A DNA stretch of 64,000 bases from NCBI GenBank assembly GCA_963767925.1, contig CAVYGB010000008.1:448001-512000 (forward strand). Reading direction: 5' to 3'. The position numbers were made by a program, and so were the translations under genes. This document shows, one piece after another, positions 40,477 to 51,986 of this stretch. The stretch's first letter is position 1. Every line of letters starts with the position of its first letter. Source of the DNA: an uncultured delta proteobacterium. GTDB taxonomy: Bacteria > Myxococcota_A > Polyangia > Fen-1088. Below the pieces are notes generated by a model. That model searched no databases and was not told where the DNA came from. It saw nothing but the letters and a program-made list of their open reading frames with translations.

Positions 40477-40552
40477 CCTCAAGCTTGGCCGACCGCCTCC
40501 GGGGCAGCCAAACCGACCCCGGGCGGGCCTGTGATCCGCTGTGGGTGCGGGC

Positions 40553-41665
40553 TCAGTCGCGGGCGGGTCCCGCTTCCTGGACCAGCAGGCGTCGCTCGAC
40601 GAAGGCGGCGCCGCCCCGCTCGTCGCGCACCACGATCCAGATCGTCACCTCCTGCTGCCGCCGCCCGCTGCCAGGATCGCGCGGGAGGTCGGCGGCGGCG
40701 GGCGGCTCGTAGCGGGACTCGAGGGGCAGCCGCTCGGTGGGGGCGGCGCCGAAGGAGAGCGCGCTGCGGGTCTCGGGTGGGACGAACCGCCCCGCGGTGG
40801 CGAAGAAGCTGAAGCGCAGGGTCTCGGCCGGGATCTCGGCGAGCTTCACCTGGTCGGTGAAGCGATCGATGACCGGCGTCAGGTAGGGCTCGGCGGTCGC
40901 GCCGGCCGGCTCGAGCCAGAGCGGCTCGCCGGCGGCGATCGGCCGGGGGGCGTCCGGGGCCAAAAGCTCGATCGGGCCCTGCGGGGCGAGGCTGCGGGGA
41001 TCGCGGGCGGCGAAGGTCCGCACTTCGAGGATCTGCGGGTTGCGGTTGGGCCGCTGATCGGCGCGCAGAGGGCCGGGCCAGAACACAACCCGCTTGATGC
41101 CCACCGCGCTTTCGTTCCCAGCCCGGGCGGTGATCTCGAGGGCGATCGGCAGGCCCAGATCGAACCCGCCGTGCGGGCGCCCGAGGTGCCCGGGGAAGAC
41201 GTCGGCGGCGAAGGCGGCGGCGAGCTGGCTGGCGGTCAGCGCGAACCGGAAGCTGGCCCCGGCGGGCCGCGTCTCCCCCTCGGGAAGGAGCGGCCAGCTC
41301 GTCGGCCCGGGGGGCGGGCAGCGGGCGCTGCCGACGGTGCTGCGGGCGCCGCCCGCCGGATAGCTGGCCGCTCCCTCGGTGCCGGCGCCGGGGGCGCTGG
41401 GGGCCAGGGGGTCGTTGCCGCAGGCCCGCGCCGTCCAGGTGACCGGCCGTCCGCCGCCGGCCGGGTCGGCCAGCAGGGGGCGCACCTCGATCTCGGGGCC
41501 GGCGGCCTCGGGGGCCGCGGGATCGAGGATCACCTCGGGCGGCTCGACGACGACCGCCAGCAGGCGCAGGTCCCGCACCGTGCTGGGGTGCTCGAGCTCC
41601 TGGCAGGCGGCGGCCGGCAGCAGCAGGAGGCCCCCCAGCAGGCCGGCGCGCAGGTGGCGGCGCAT
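40553..41665 (-). CDS. Lipoprotein accompanying the TonB-dependent receptor
   Basis: Lipobox AAAC; LRLLAV..EPPE, NRNP, FATAGRF and IWIVVRDERGG motifs. Starts 1 bp after the receptor stop. Confidence 0.78.
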   Translation of the reverse strand: MRRHLRAGLLGGLLLLPAAACQELEHPSTVRDLRLLAVVVEPPEVILDPAAPEAAGPEIEVRPLLADPAGGGRPVTWTARACGNDPLAPSAPGAGTEGAASYPAGGARSTVGSARCPPPGPTSWPLLPEGETRPAGASFRFALTASQLAAAFAADVFPGHLGRPHGGFDLGLPIALEITARAGNESAVGIKRVVFWPGPLRADQRPNRNPQILEVRTFAARDPRSLAPQGPIELLAPDAPRPIAAGEPLWLEPAGATAEPYLTPVIDRFTDQVKLAEIPAETLRFSFFATAGRFVPPETRSALSFGAAPTERLPLESRYEPPAAADLPRDPGSGRRQQEVTIWIVVRDERGGAAFVERRLLVQEAGPARD

Positions 41666-41666
41666 G

Positions 41667-44333
41667 TCAGAAGGTCCCCCGCAGGCCGAGCAGCGGCAAG
41701 ATCGGCAACCCGCGCACGGGGGCGCTGCCCCGGTAGCGGTAATCGTGCAGCACGTCCTCGGCGTTCACCGCGTTCGTCACGTTCTGCACGTCGAGGTAGA
41801 GCCCCAGCTTCAGCAGCGGCAAAGTGAAGGTGCGCTCGATTCGTAGATCGAGCTGGGAGAAGGCGGCCTGCCGGGCGGAGTAGGGGAGACCCCGTTCGGG
41901 CGAGAAGGCCCCGAAGTCGAGGTCGGCGAAGGCGCCGGTGATGGGCGTTATCGGGCGGCCGCTCACCAGGCGGTAGCGCAGGCCGAGCTCCCAGCTCTGC
42001 CGCCGGTAGCTGGCCACCGCCACCAGGTTGTGGGTCTGGTCGAAGGTGGCCGGGCGCCAGCGGGCGCGGACGCCCTCGTCCTGCTGGGCGCCCCGGGGGC
42101 TGGCCAGGCCGGCTTCGATCTCGTCGGCGAAGTCGGCGCTCTGCTCGGCGCGCGAGAGGGTGTAAGCGATCCAGCCGTAGAAGTGCCGGGTGAGCGGCCA
42201 GCGCAGCAGGAGCTCGATCCCGCGGGCCCGCGCCTGTCCCAGGCTGGAGAAGCGCTCGGCGCTCGGCACCGGGATGTGCGTCCGGGTCAGGTCGAACAGG
42301 GTGGCGCCGACCTGCAGCGCGCGGCCGAGGTCCCCGTCGACACCGAGCTGGAGCTGGCGGGCGCGGGTCAGGGCCAGGGCCGGGTTGCCGAACTCGTCGT
42401 CGAGGTAACGGGGGTTGGGGAGCTGGTGGTAGAGGCCGGCGCCCGCTCGCAGGGCCAGGTGGGCCCCCACCTGCCAGCGCAGCAGCAGCCGGGGGTCGAC
42501 CGAGTGGCGGCGGGTGTGCACGACGAAATACGAGTCGGCGCGCACGCCGGGCACGATCTGCAGGCCGGGCAGGGGCGAGAGGCGCGCCTCCATCCAGAGG
42601 GCGGGGGCGAGGTCGACGAAGGCCCGGCTGGCCACCACCCGATCGGGGCGGGCCAGGCCGAAGGTGCGGCCCTCGCGGGGGAAGGCGAAGTCGAAGCGGG
42701 CCCAGTCGTAGCTGAAGACGCCGTCGAAGCCGAGCGACAGGCCGAGGCGGGGGCCGAAGTCGCGGCTCAGATCCTCGCGCAGGTACAGGCGGTGGTTGCG
42801 GATGGTGCCGCGATCGCGGGCGGCGGCGAAGCCGTCGTCGCCGTAGCCGTAGGCCGGCTGCAGCCGCGAGCGCCAGGCTCCCAAGGTGGTGGTCCAGGTG
42901 AGCAGGGCCCGGTGGAAGCGGACGTGGGTGTCGAGCTCGATGCGCCGGTTGGGGTCGGCGCTCACCACATCGAGATCGTCGTCGGAGCCGAAGGCGAAGA
43001 ACGACAGCCGGCCGCCGCCGGCGGGTAGATGATCGATGCGGGCCTGGTAGTCCCAGTAGGCCGGGACGGCGGTGCTGAAGGTGGAGCCGGGGCGCTCGGG
43101 GACCACCGCCGGCAGGATGAAGTCGATGGCGCTGCGGCGGGCGGCGACGGTGATCGAGGTGGCCCGGCCGACGGGGGTCTCGATCAGGAAGGAGCCATCG
43201 AGCGGGCTGAGCTCGACCGCGCCGTGGACCTGGCGGGAAAGGGGCGGCTCCCGGCTGGTGACGTCGATGACCCCCGCGGTGATGCGGCCGTAGCGGGCGC
43301 CGAAGCCGCCGGGGAAGAAGTCGATGCGCCCGACCAGCGCCGCCGGGATCACCGAGGGGCCCACCAGGAAGTGGTAGAGGGCGGGCAGGGCCAGCCCGTC
43401 GAGGAAGACGCCCGAGTCGACCGGGGAGGCGCCCCGCACCACCAGGAGCCCCAGGCCGTAGGGCGGCCGGGCCACGCCGGGGAGGCTCTGCACCGCCCGC
43501 AGGGGATCGCCCATCGTGCCCGGGACCGACCGGGCCTCGGCGGGGGCAAGCACGTGCCGGGCCTGTTCGGGGCCGGGCGGCGGCGGCGTCACGACCGTCT
43601 CGTAGCCGGGACCCTGCAAGGCCCCGGTCAGGCAGCTCCAGAGGGCGGGCGCCTCCCACACCAGCTCCATCGGCTCGAAGTCCCGCACGCAGGGCGCGTG
43701 CCCGGGATCGAGGACGGTGACCCGCAGGCCGGCTGCCCAGGGCATCCCCGCCGGCAGCCGCAGGTCGAACCGTCCCTCGGCGTCGGTCTCGCCAGCGATC
43801 GCGCCCGCGGGCACGAGGTCGCCGGCCCGGGGGGCGACAAGGACCTGGGCGCCCGGAAGCGGCGCCCGGGTCCCCCGCTCGCGGACCCGGCCCCGGATCA
43901 CCACCCGCCCCGGCTCCGGGGCGCGCGGGGTGGCTCGCGAAAGCGGCGCGACCGCTGGCGGGGCGGAGGTGGGCCGCGGCGGGCGAAAATGAACCACGTA
44001 CTGAAACCGGATGGAAGAGGGACGGCCGTCGACCTCCGCGGGCAGAAAGCGGGTCTCCTGGATGGCCACCAGCGCGGCCTCGTCGAAGGCCTCGCCCGCC
44101 GAGGTGAGGACGGTCGCCCGGGTCACGCGCCCGTCGGTGTCGATGTCGACCTGGAGGGTGACGTCCGCGCCGAGTCCCCGGGCCAGCGCCTCGGCCGGGT
44201 AGACCGGCGCGGGCGGGCTGAGGGCGGCCGGGGGTCGGGTGAGGCGGAGGGTGCTCGGAGCCTGGGCGCGCGCGGTCGCGCCGGCGGCGATCAGCAACAG
44301 CCCGAGGAGCGCCCGCCCGGCCCGCCCGCGCAC
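41667..44333 (-). CDS. TonB-dependent outer-membrane receptor with N-terminal TonB_C domain
   Basis: PVYP...FDEAAL...F.PA.VDG TonB_C; plug motifs GDPLRAVQSLPGV and PGGFGARYG; GWIAYTLSR, FDQTH, LDLRIE; C-terminal Phe. Confidence 0.9.
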   Translation of the reverse strand: MRGRAGRALLGLLLIAAGATARAQAPSTLRLTRPPAALSPPAPVYPAEALARGLGADVTLQVDIDTDGRVTRATVLTSAGEAFDEAALVAIQETRFLPAEVDGRPSSIRFQYVVHFRPPRPTSAPPAVAPLSRATPRAPEPGRVVIRGRVRERGTRAPLPGAQVLVAPRAGDLVPAGAIAGETDAEGRFDLRLPAGMPWAAGLRVTVLDPGHAPCVRDFEPMELVWEAPALWSCLTGALQGPGYETVVTPPPPGPEQARHVLAPAEARSVPGTMGDPLRAVQSLPGVARPPYGLGLLVVRGASPVDSGVFLDGLALPALYHFLVGPSVIPAALVGRIDFFPGGFGARYGRITAGVIDVTSREPPLSRQVHGAVELSPLDGSFLIETPVGRATSITVAARRSAIDFILPAVVPERPGSTFSTAVPAYWDYQARIDHLPAGGGRLSFFAFGSDDDLDVVSADPNRRIELDTHVRFHRALLTWTTTLGAWRSRLQPAYGYGDDGFAAARDRGTIRNHRLYLREDLSRDFGPRLGLSLGFDGVFSYDWARFDFAFPREGRTFGLARPDRVVASRAFVDLAPALWMEARLSPLPGLQIVPGVRADSYFVVHTRRHSVDPRLLLRWQVGAHLALRAGAGLYHQLPNPRYLDDEFGNPALALTRARQLQLGVDGDLGRALQVGATLFDLTRTHIPVPSAERFSSLGQARARGIELLLRWPLTRHFYGWIAYTLSRAEQSADFADEIEAGLASPRGAQQDEGVRARWRPATFDQTHNLVAVASYRRQSWELGLRYRLVSGRPITPITGAFADLDFGAFSPERGLPYSARQAAFSQLDLRIERTFTLPLLKLGLYLDVQNVTNAVNAEDVLHDYRYRGSAPVRGLPILPLLGLRGTF

Positions 44334-44343
44334 GAAGCGCCCT

Positions 44344-45174
44344 TTACAGCCGGTCGAGGGGGATCGGCCAGCTTCCGCCGGCGGGGCCGAAGCCGGCCGC
44401 GACCCGGCCCAGCGAGCCGGCGTCGGCGAACACGGTCCCCTCCAGCCGGTAGGGGATCTCGCCCGACATCGCCCGGCCCGCCCTGAGCTGATCGACGGAC
44501 TGCCGCGCGAGCTGCTCCAGCACGGGCGCCAGGGCCGAGGGCAGGAGCGCCAGGCGGGCGGTGACGTCGATGCTGGAGGCGGCCAGGACCCGGGGGGCGG
44601 AGAACCCGGAGGGCTGGCCGCCCGCCGCGCCCACGCCCCGGGCGACCAGCAGGTTGGCCACCGCGCCGGGGAAGTCTCCGATCGACTTGATGTCCCCGGG
44701 CGCCTCCCGGCAGCCGGCGGAGTTGCTCCCCCCCTGGCAGCTCGCGTCCCCCGGCTCGCACATCCGGAGGCAGACGGCCCCCAGGCTCTGGTTGACCCGC
44801 TCGGGGAAGACCGTCACCGCGGTCAACAGCTCCGACAGGGGCAGGGGCAGGCGGTTGGGGTTGGCCACCCGGAAGGTCAGGTCGAAGCCGATCTCCATGG
44901 TCGAGGCGTCGGGCGGCCGGCCGAAGAGCTGGTTGCAGACCAGGTTGGCGGCGATGCCCAGGCCGGCCCGCTCCTGCAGCACCTTCGGGCAATAGAAGGC
45001 CGACAGATCCTTCTGCGACGGGGACTTGACCAGGGAGGCGCCCAGAAAATTCACCTCGGGTGGCCGGACGAGCCCGCTGGCCAGCAGCTGGTCGAGGCCG
45101 GCGCACGACGAGCTACCGAGCAGCGCGACGGTCAGGCCCAGGAGCGGAAGGACGAGGCGGCGTGGAGGGTTCAA
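44344..45174 (-). CDS. Lipoprotein with LEA_2-like beta domain
   Basis: Lipobox-like SSSC; P.V.F, FRVANPN..PLP and IPYRLEG..F motifs. TTG start. Confidence 0.62.
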   Translation of the reverse strand: MNPPRRLVLPLLGLTVALLGSSSCAGLDQLLASGLVRPPEVNFLGASLVKSPSQKDLSAFYCPKVLQERAGLGIAANLVCNQLFGRPPDASTMEIGFDLTFRVANPNRLPLPLSELLTAVTVFPERVNQSLGAVCLRMCEPGDASCQGGSNSAGCREAPGDIKSIGDFPGAVANLLVARGVGAAGGQPSGFSAPRVLAASSIDVTARLALLPSALAPVLEQLARQSVDQLRAGRAMSGEIPYRLEGTVFADAGSLGRVAAGFGPAGGSWPIPLDRL

Positions 45175-45292
45175 GCACCGCCGAGCTTATCAGCGCCGCC
45201 CGGGAGTTGGGACAGGGTTCGGACCAGTCGGGCCCGAGCGAAGCGAGGGAACCCGGCTACTCGAAAACAGCCCCTAGATCGGGACGGTGGGG

Positions 45293-46813
45293 TCAGCGGG
45301 GGGTGCGGCCGGAGGGCGTGCGCCGGCGGCCCGGCGTCCTGAGTGGGGTCGGCCGGGTGCCGGCCGGCTTGCTCGGGGGAGCGGCGGCAGACGGGACGGC
45401 GGGCGGGGCGGTCCTTGTCCCGCTGGCGGCCGCGGGGAGACGGGCCGCCGGCCGTGATGGGGCCCCGTTGCGCCCGACGGGCACGGGGGGGGCCGGGGCC
45501 TCGATGCGCTCGACGACGGCCCGGGCGGGGGGAGGCGGCGGGGGGCCCGGTCGCAGCAGGGCCCGCTCGAGCCGCCGCCGCTGCCAGATGGCCCCGGAGG
45601 CGAAGCCGAGGGCGGCCAGGACGCCGGCCTGGACGAACCGCAGCCGGGATCGATCGATGGGCGGCCCGTCGAAGATGCTCCAGCGCCGCCAGCGGACGGC
45701 GGCCGTCTTCTCGGCGGGCGGCGCCGGAGGCAGCGAGGCGCGCCGGGGAGGCGGGGCGGCGCCGCGCGGCCGCTCGGGGTCCGCGCGCTCCGGCAGCGGC
45801 GAGGAGCCGGAGACGGCCACGTCCATGGTCGCCTCCACCAGCAGCGCCACCCCCCGGGCCATCAGCTCGCGGCCCGGGGTGCAGCGGCCGAGCTCGGCGG
45901 CCATCTCCTCGGCGGTCTGGAAGCGGCGCTGCGGGTCGCGATCGAGCGCGCGCCGGACCGCGGCCTCGAGCGCAGCCGGGATGTCGGAGCGGAGCGAGGC
46001 GAGCGGAGGGATGGGACCCTCCAGCACGGCGGTGGCGGTCTCCTGATCGCTCTCGCGCCGGAACAGGCGCCGCTGCGCCAGCATCTCCCACAGCGCCACG
46101 CCCAGCGAGAACAGGTCGGCCCGCCGGTCGACCGGGTGGCCGGCCACCTGCTCGGGCGCGAGGTAGGCGGCGGTCCCCGCCTCCAGGTCGAGCTGGGTGC
46201 GCCGGCGTCCCAGCCGCCGGTCGGCGGCCCGGGCCGCGCCGAAGTCGACGAGCTTGACGGCGCCCGAGCGGAGCAACATGACGTGCCCCGGGCGCACGTC
46301 GCGGTGGACGAGCTCGCTCGGGCTGGTGCTGCCGAGGGTGGCGCGGTGCACGTGGGCCAGGGCCAGGGCGATCTCGGCGGCGACGTGGGCGGCGACGTCG
46401 GTGGGCATCCAGCCCCCGGTCAGCGACAGCGCCGTGAGGAGCTGCGAGACGCTGCGGCCCTCGAGCAGCTCGAGGGCCAGGAAGATCGAGCCGGCCACGT
46501 TGCCGTGGTCCTCGAGCCGGACGATGTTCGGGTGGTCGAGCTGCGAGAGGACCTCGATCTCGTGCGACAGCTCGCGGGCCGCCTCGAGGGCGGCCTCCCC
46601 CTCGCCGCGCGGGATCTTCACCGCGCAGGGGACCGGCGCCCCCTTGTCGGTCGAGCGCTCGGCCCGGTAGAGCTCGGTGCGTCGCCCCCGCCGGATGAGC
46701 TGCAGCAGGCGGTAGCGGCCCAGCAGCCGGCCCCGCCCCAGCCGCATCGTGATCTCCTCGTCCCCCCCGGCGGCCTGCCCCTCGCTGTCTGCCCGTGAGC
46801 CCGCTTTGTCCAC
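45293..46813 (-). CDS. Ser/Thr kinase-like protein with degenerate motifs (candidate pseudokinase), single TM, Pro-rich tail
   Basis: AVK, HPNIV, HRDVRPGHV, DFG, YLAPEQ and ADLFSLG. Gly loop reads IRRGRRTE. Start may be at 46747. Confidence 0.8.
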   Translation of the reverse strand: MDKAGSRADSEGQAAGGDEEITMRLGRGRLLGRYRLLQLIRRGRRTELYRAERSTDKGAPVPCAVKIPRGEGEAALEAARELSHEIEVLSQLDHPNIVRLEDHGNVAGSIFLALELLEGRSVSQLLTALSLTGGWMPTDVAAHVAAEIALALAHVHRATLGSTSPSELVHRDVRPGHVMLLRSGAVKLVDFGAARAADRRLGRRRTQLDLEAGTAAYLAPEQVAGHPVDRRADLFSLGVALWEMLAQRRLFRRESDQETATAVLEGPIPPLASLRSDIPAALEAAVRRALDRDPQRRFQTAEEMAAELGRCTPGRELMARGVALLVEATMDVAVSGSSPLPERADPERPRGAAPPPRRASLPPAPPAEKTAAVRWRRWSIFDGPPIDRSRLRFVQAGVLAALGFASGAIWQRRRLERALLRPGPPPPPPARAVVERIEAPAPPVPVGRNGAPSRPAARLPAAASGTRTAPPAVPSAAAPPSKPAGTRPTPLRTPGRRRTPSGRTPR

Positions 46814-46936
46814 CTGCCCCGTGATTGTAGGTGGCAGGGGGAGGATTTCAAGCAGGAAATGTATCTTAACTTACTGTTTAGTGCGCGGCGTAAGCGGCGT
46901 CAGAGCGTCCATTGCAGGTGGGGTCCCGGCCAGCCG

Positions 46937-48836
<1,900 letters not shown>

Positions 48837-48865
<29 letters not shown>

Positions 48866-49829
48866 CGTGTTTGGCCGGGGCGGCCCGGCTGCCCAGGGCG
48901 CGGGCGATGGCCCGCTCGGCGAGGGGGGCCATCACCGCGTAGCCGGCGGCGTTGGGGTGCAGCCCATCGTCGGTGAGGGGCGCCTTGAGGCGGCCCTCGG
49001 CGTCGGCCAGGGCGGCGTGGTAGTCGAGGTAGACGTGCCCCTTGGCCCGGGCCTGGCGCTCGAGCCAGGTGTTGAGGGCCCGCACCTGCTCGGGTGGGCG
49101 GTCGCGGCTGCGCACGATGGGCGCGCCGTCGGCGCCCTTCTTCTCGTCGGTGATTGGGAGGACCGAGGCGATGACGACCTTGATCCGGTTGGCGCTGGCC
49201 AGGTCGGCCAGGCTGGCCAGGTTGTTCTGGATCGCCTCCGGCGTGGTGGGGCCGCTGTTGCCGGCCAGGTCGTTGGTCCCGGCGAGGATCACCACCGCCG
49301 CCGGCTGCAGGGCCACCACGTCGGCCCGAAAGCGGACCAGCATCTGGGCGGTGGTCTGCCCGCCGATGCCCCGGTTGAGGTACGGCTTGCCGGGGAAGAA
49401 GCCGCCGTAGCCCTTCTTGGACCAGTTGTCGGTGATCGAGTCGCCGAAGAACACGACCCGCTTCTCGCCGGGCCGGGCGGGGGTCAGGGCGGTGTTGGCC
49501 GCCTGGAAGCGGCCGAGCCGGGGCCAGTCGACCAGGTTGTAGTCGGCGCAGGCCTGCCGCTCGGCGGGGGCGGTCAGGCGGGCGCAGCCCTTGGAGAACA
49601 CGGGGTACTTCTCGCCGGGGGCGCGGGCGGCGTATTGCCCGGGAAAATCGACGATGGGGGTGGGGTCGGGCGGGGGCACCGCCGGAGTGGGGGCCGGCGC
49701 GGCCGGGGCCGGGGCGGTCGCCGGGGCGGGGGCAGGGTCTCCCGGGCGGGGCTGGGCGTGAAGCGAGCTGCCCGTGAGGGTCAGCGTGAGCGCGGTGGCG
49801 AGCCACCCGCCGTGTCGTCTCGGGTTCAT
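48837..49829 (-). CDS. Secreted SGNH/GDSL hydrolase
   Basis: FGDSIT, NRGIGGQTT, GTND and DGLHPN. Signal peptide and AGGAGG RBS at MNPRR. Confidence 0.92.
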
Positions 49830-49867
49830 CGGACCTCCTGTTGCTGCACGGGTCATCATCGTCGGTC

Positions 49868-50344
49868 TCACCTGCGGGCGGCCTCGTCGAGGGCCGCGCC
49901 GCTGAGCCGGAAGCGGGTCCACTGCGGGACCGCCACCGCTCCCAGGCTCTCGTAAAAGGCGATGGCCGGCTGGTTCCAGTCGAGCACCGACCACTCCAGG
50001 CGGCCACAGCGGCGCTCGACGGCGAGCCGGACCAGGTGGAGCAGGAGGGCCTTGCCGACGCCGCGGCGGCGCAGGGCCGGCCGGACGAAGAGGTCCTCGA
50101 GGTACAGGCCGGGCCGGGCCAGGAAGGTAGAGAAGCTGGTGAAGAACACGGCGAAGCCAGCCGCCTCGCCCTGCCACTTTGCGATCAGGGCCTCGGCGGC
50201 CGGGCGCGGTCCGAAGAGGCACTCCGCGAGCTCGCTCTCGCTGGCGACCACCTCGTGGGCCAGCCGCTCGTATTCGGCGAGCTCGCGGATGAACCGGAGG
50301 AGGAGCGGAACGTCCGCCGGTTGCGCGGCGCGGATCGCGATCAC
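49868..50344 (-). CDS. GNAT acetyltransferase (diamine/polyamine acetyltransferase-like)
   Basis: ELAEYE, FSTF..RPGLYLEDLFV, RRRGVG and VLDWNQPAIAFY. Confidence 0.92.
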   Translation of the reverse strand: MIAIRAAQPADVPLLLRFIRELAEYERLAHEVVASESELAECLFGPRPAAEALIAKWQGEAAGFAVFFTSFSTFLARPGLYLEDLFVRPALRRRGVGKALLLHLVRLAVERRCGRLEWSVLDWNQPAIAFYESLGAVAVPQWTRFRLSGAALDEAARR

Positions 50345-50368
50345 GCCCCGGTCATACCACGGGGCCCC

Positions 50369-51277
50369 TCAGTTGAAGGTGGCGGTGAAGGCGAGCGAAA
50401 AGCCGAACAGGGTCCAGGTCGGTTTGCTGTTCATGAGGACCTCCGAGTCCTTGACCCGGGCGGCGAAGAGCTGGCCGGCCACCCCGAGACCCCAGTTGTC
50501 CGAGACCCACCACTCCTTGCCGCCCACCAGGTTCAGGCCCAGGCCGGCGTCCGACTCGCTCACGGTGACGCTCTCCTCGCCGGTGGTGTCCTCGAGCGAG
50601 GACCGGGCCACCAGGAGCGAAGCGGCGAGGAAGGTGTTGGTCGGCATGAAATAGTAGGCCGCCCCGACGCCGAAGCCAGTCGCGTCTGCCGTCCGGTTGC
50701 TCAACGAGCTCGTGCTGGCGCCCCGCTTGACGTCCGGGTTGACCGCCGAGTCGACGAGGAGCTCGCCGAACAGGGCCAGGTTCTCGGTCACGGCGGCGCC
50801 GACGGCGATGTCGATGCCCAGGCCGGCGCCGCTGATCGAGCTGTCCACCCCGGCGAGGTCGGCGCTCATGTGCGTGTACCCGGGCCCGAGCATCATGCGC
50901 AGGTAAAAGCCGTCGTGGCGGTGGGCGCCCGGATCGAGCGCGATGGCGCCGAGGCCCGGGTACTGGGCGGCGGGGTAGCCGGGAGGGGGCTGCCCGGGGG
51001 CGGGGTAGCCGGGCGGCGGATAACCGGGGGCGGGGTAGCCAGGTGGCGGATATCCAGGGACGGGCGGCGGGGCCTGGACCGGCTGCGCCGGGTAGGGGTA
51101 AGGCGCGGGTGCAGCGGGAGGTGGCGCCGGGTAGGGCGCGGGCGGCGGTGGCGGCTGAGCCCCGGCCGTCGCGGGGGCGAAGGTCGCGAGCGAGATCGCG
51201 AGGGAGATCGCGAAAGAGCTCCCGAGGGAGGACCCCCCCCGGACGATCGCAAGCTGGGTGAGGGCGTGGCGCTTCAT
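50369..51277 (-). CDS. Outer-membrane beta-barrel protein with Pro/Gly/Tyr repeat linker
   Basis: PPPGYPAPGY repeats; HRHDGFYLR, GKEWWVSDNWGLG and terminal ATFN. Confidence 0.75.
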   Translation of the reverse strand: MKRHALTQLAIVRGGSSLGSSFAISLAISLATFAPATAGAQPPPPPAPYPAPPPAAPAPYPYPAQPVQAPPPVPGYPPPGYPAPGYPPPGYPAPGQPPPGYPAAQYPGLGAIALDPGAHRHDGFYLRMMLGPGYTHMSADLAGVDSSISGAGLGIDIAVGAAVTENLALFGELLVDSAVNPDVKRGASTSSLSNRTADATGFGVGAAYYFMPTNTFLAASLLVARSSLEDTTGEESVTVSESDAGLGLNLVGGKEWWVSDNWGLGVAGQLFAARVKDSEVLMNSKPTWTLFGFSLAFTATFN

Positions 51278-51399
51278 GAAGCGCACTCTGGCACCGGGCT
51301 GCGCGGGACCTGCGATTTGATTTTGACGCATTTTAGGACAGGCCGGCCACCCCTCAAGGGCCCTGACCGATCCGTCGAACACCAGAGGTGCGAGCCACG

Positions 51400-51903
51400 A
51401 TGGCCAAATACGTTGCGGACTACGTCGACGACCTGCGCGCCCACGGGGCCAGCAAGATGTCCACGGAGACGATTCATCCTGCCCTGGTGCTGACCGGGGT
51501 GGTGGGGACCCTGCGCGAGCAGAAGCGCGCTTCGGGCACGATGGCCACCGACATGACCGAGATGTTGACCCTGAGCAAGCTGGTGGGCAGGGTCTTTCCG
51601 GTCAGCAAGCGCAAGGACTCGCCCCCCGGACCGGTGGTGGTGGGGCGCAGCTCCGAGAACGACGTCTCCATCGCCGACTACTCGATCTCCAACCGCCACT
51701 GCTTCTTCGTCATCGGGGGCCGCGAGCCCCAGCTCATCGATTGTGGCTCCACCAACGGAACCCTGATCAATGGTACGAAGGCGCCCGCCAAGCAGCCGGT
51801 GTCCCTCAAGGGGGGCGAGACCGTGGTCATCGGCCGGTTCGCCTTCCTGTTCTTCCGTCCGGTCGGATTCCTCGAGTACCTGGTCCAGCAGCAGCAGGGC
51901 TGA
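51400..51903 (+). CDS. Stand-alone FHA-domain protein
   Basis: GRSSENDV...SISNRHC and D.GSTNGT.ING: the conserved phosphothreonine-binding residues are present. Confidence 0.92.
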   Translation: MAKYVADYVDDLRAHGASKMSTETIHPALVLTGVVGTLREQKRASGTMATDMTEMLTLSKLVGRVFPVSKRKDSPPGPVVVGRSSENDVSIADYSISNRHCFFVIGGREPQLIDCGSTNGTLINGTKAPAKQPVSLKGGETVVIGRFAFLFFRPVGFLEYLVQQQQG

Positions 51904-51986
51904 GCGGTCGCCTCTCTCGGACCTCGCCGGGGTCCGAGACACGGATTTGACTCAAGGTTCTTCCGCCCGGATCCGATGCTTGCGAC

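Noticed and set aside
51289..51303. TGGCAC as a sigma54 promoter for the FHA gene
   Set aside because: GG-to-GC spacing is 9 rather than the required 10.
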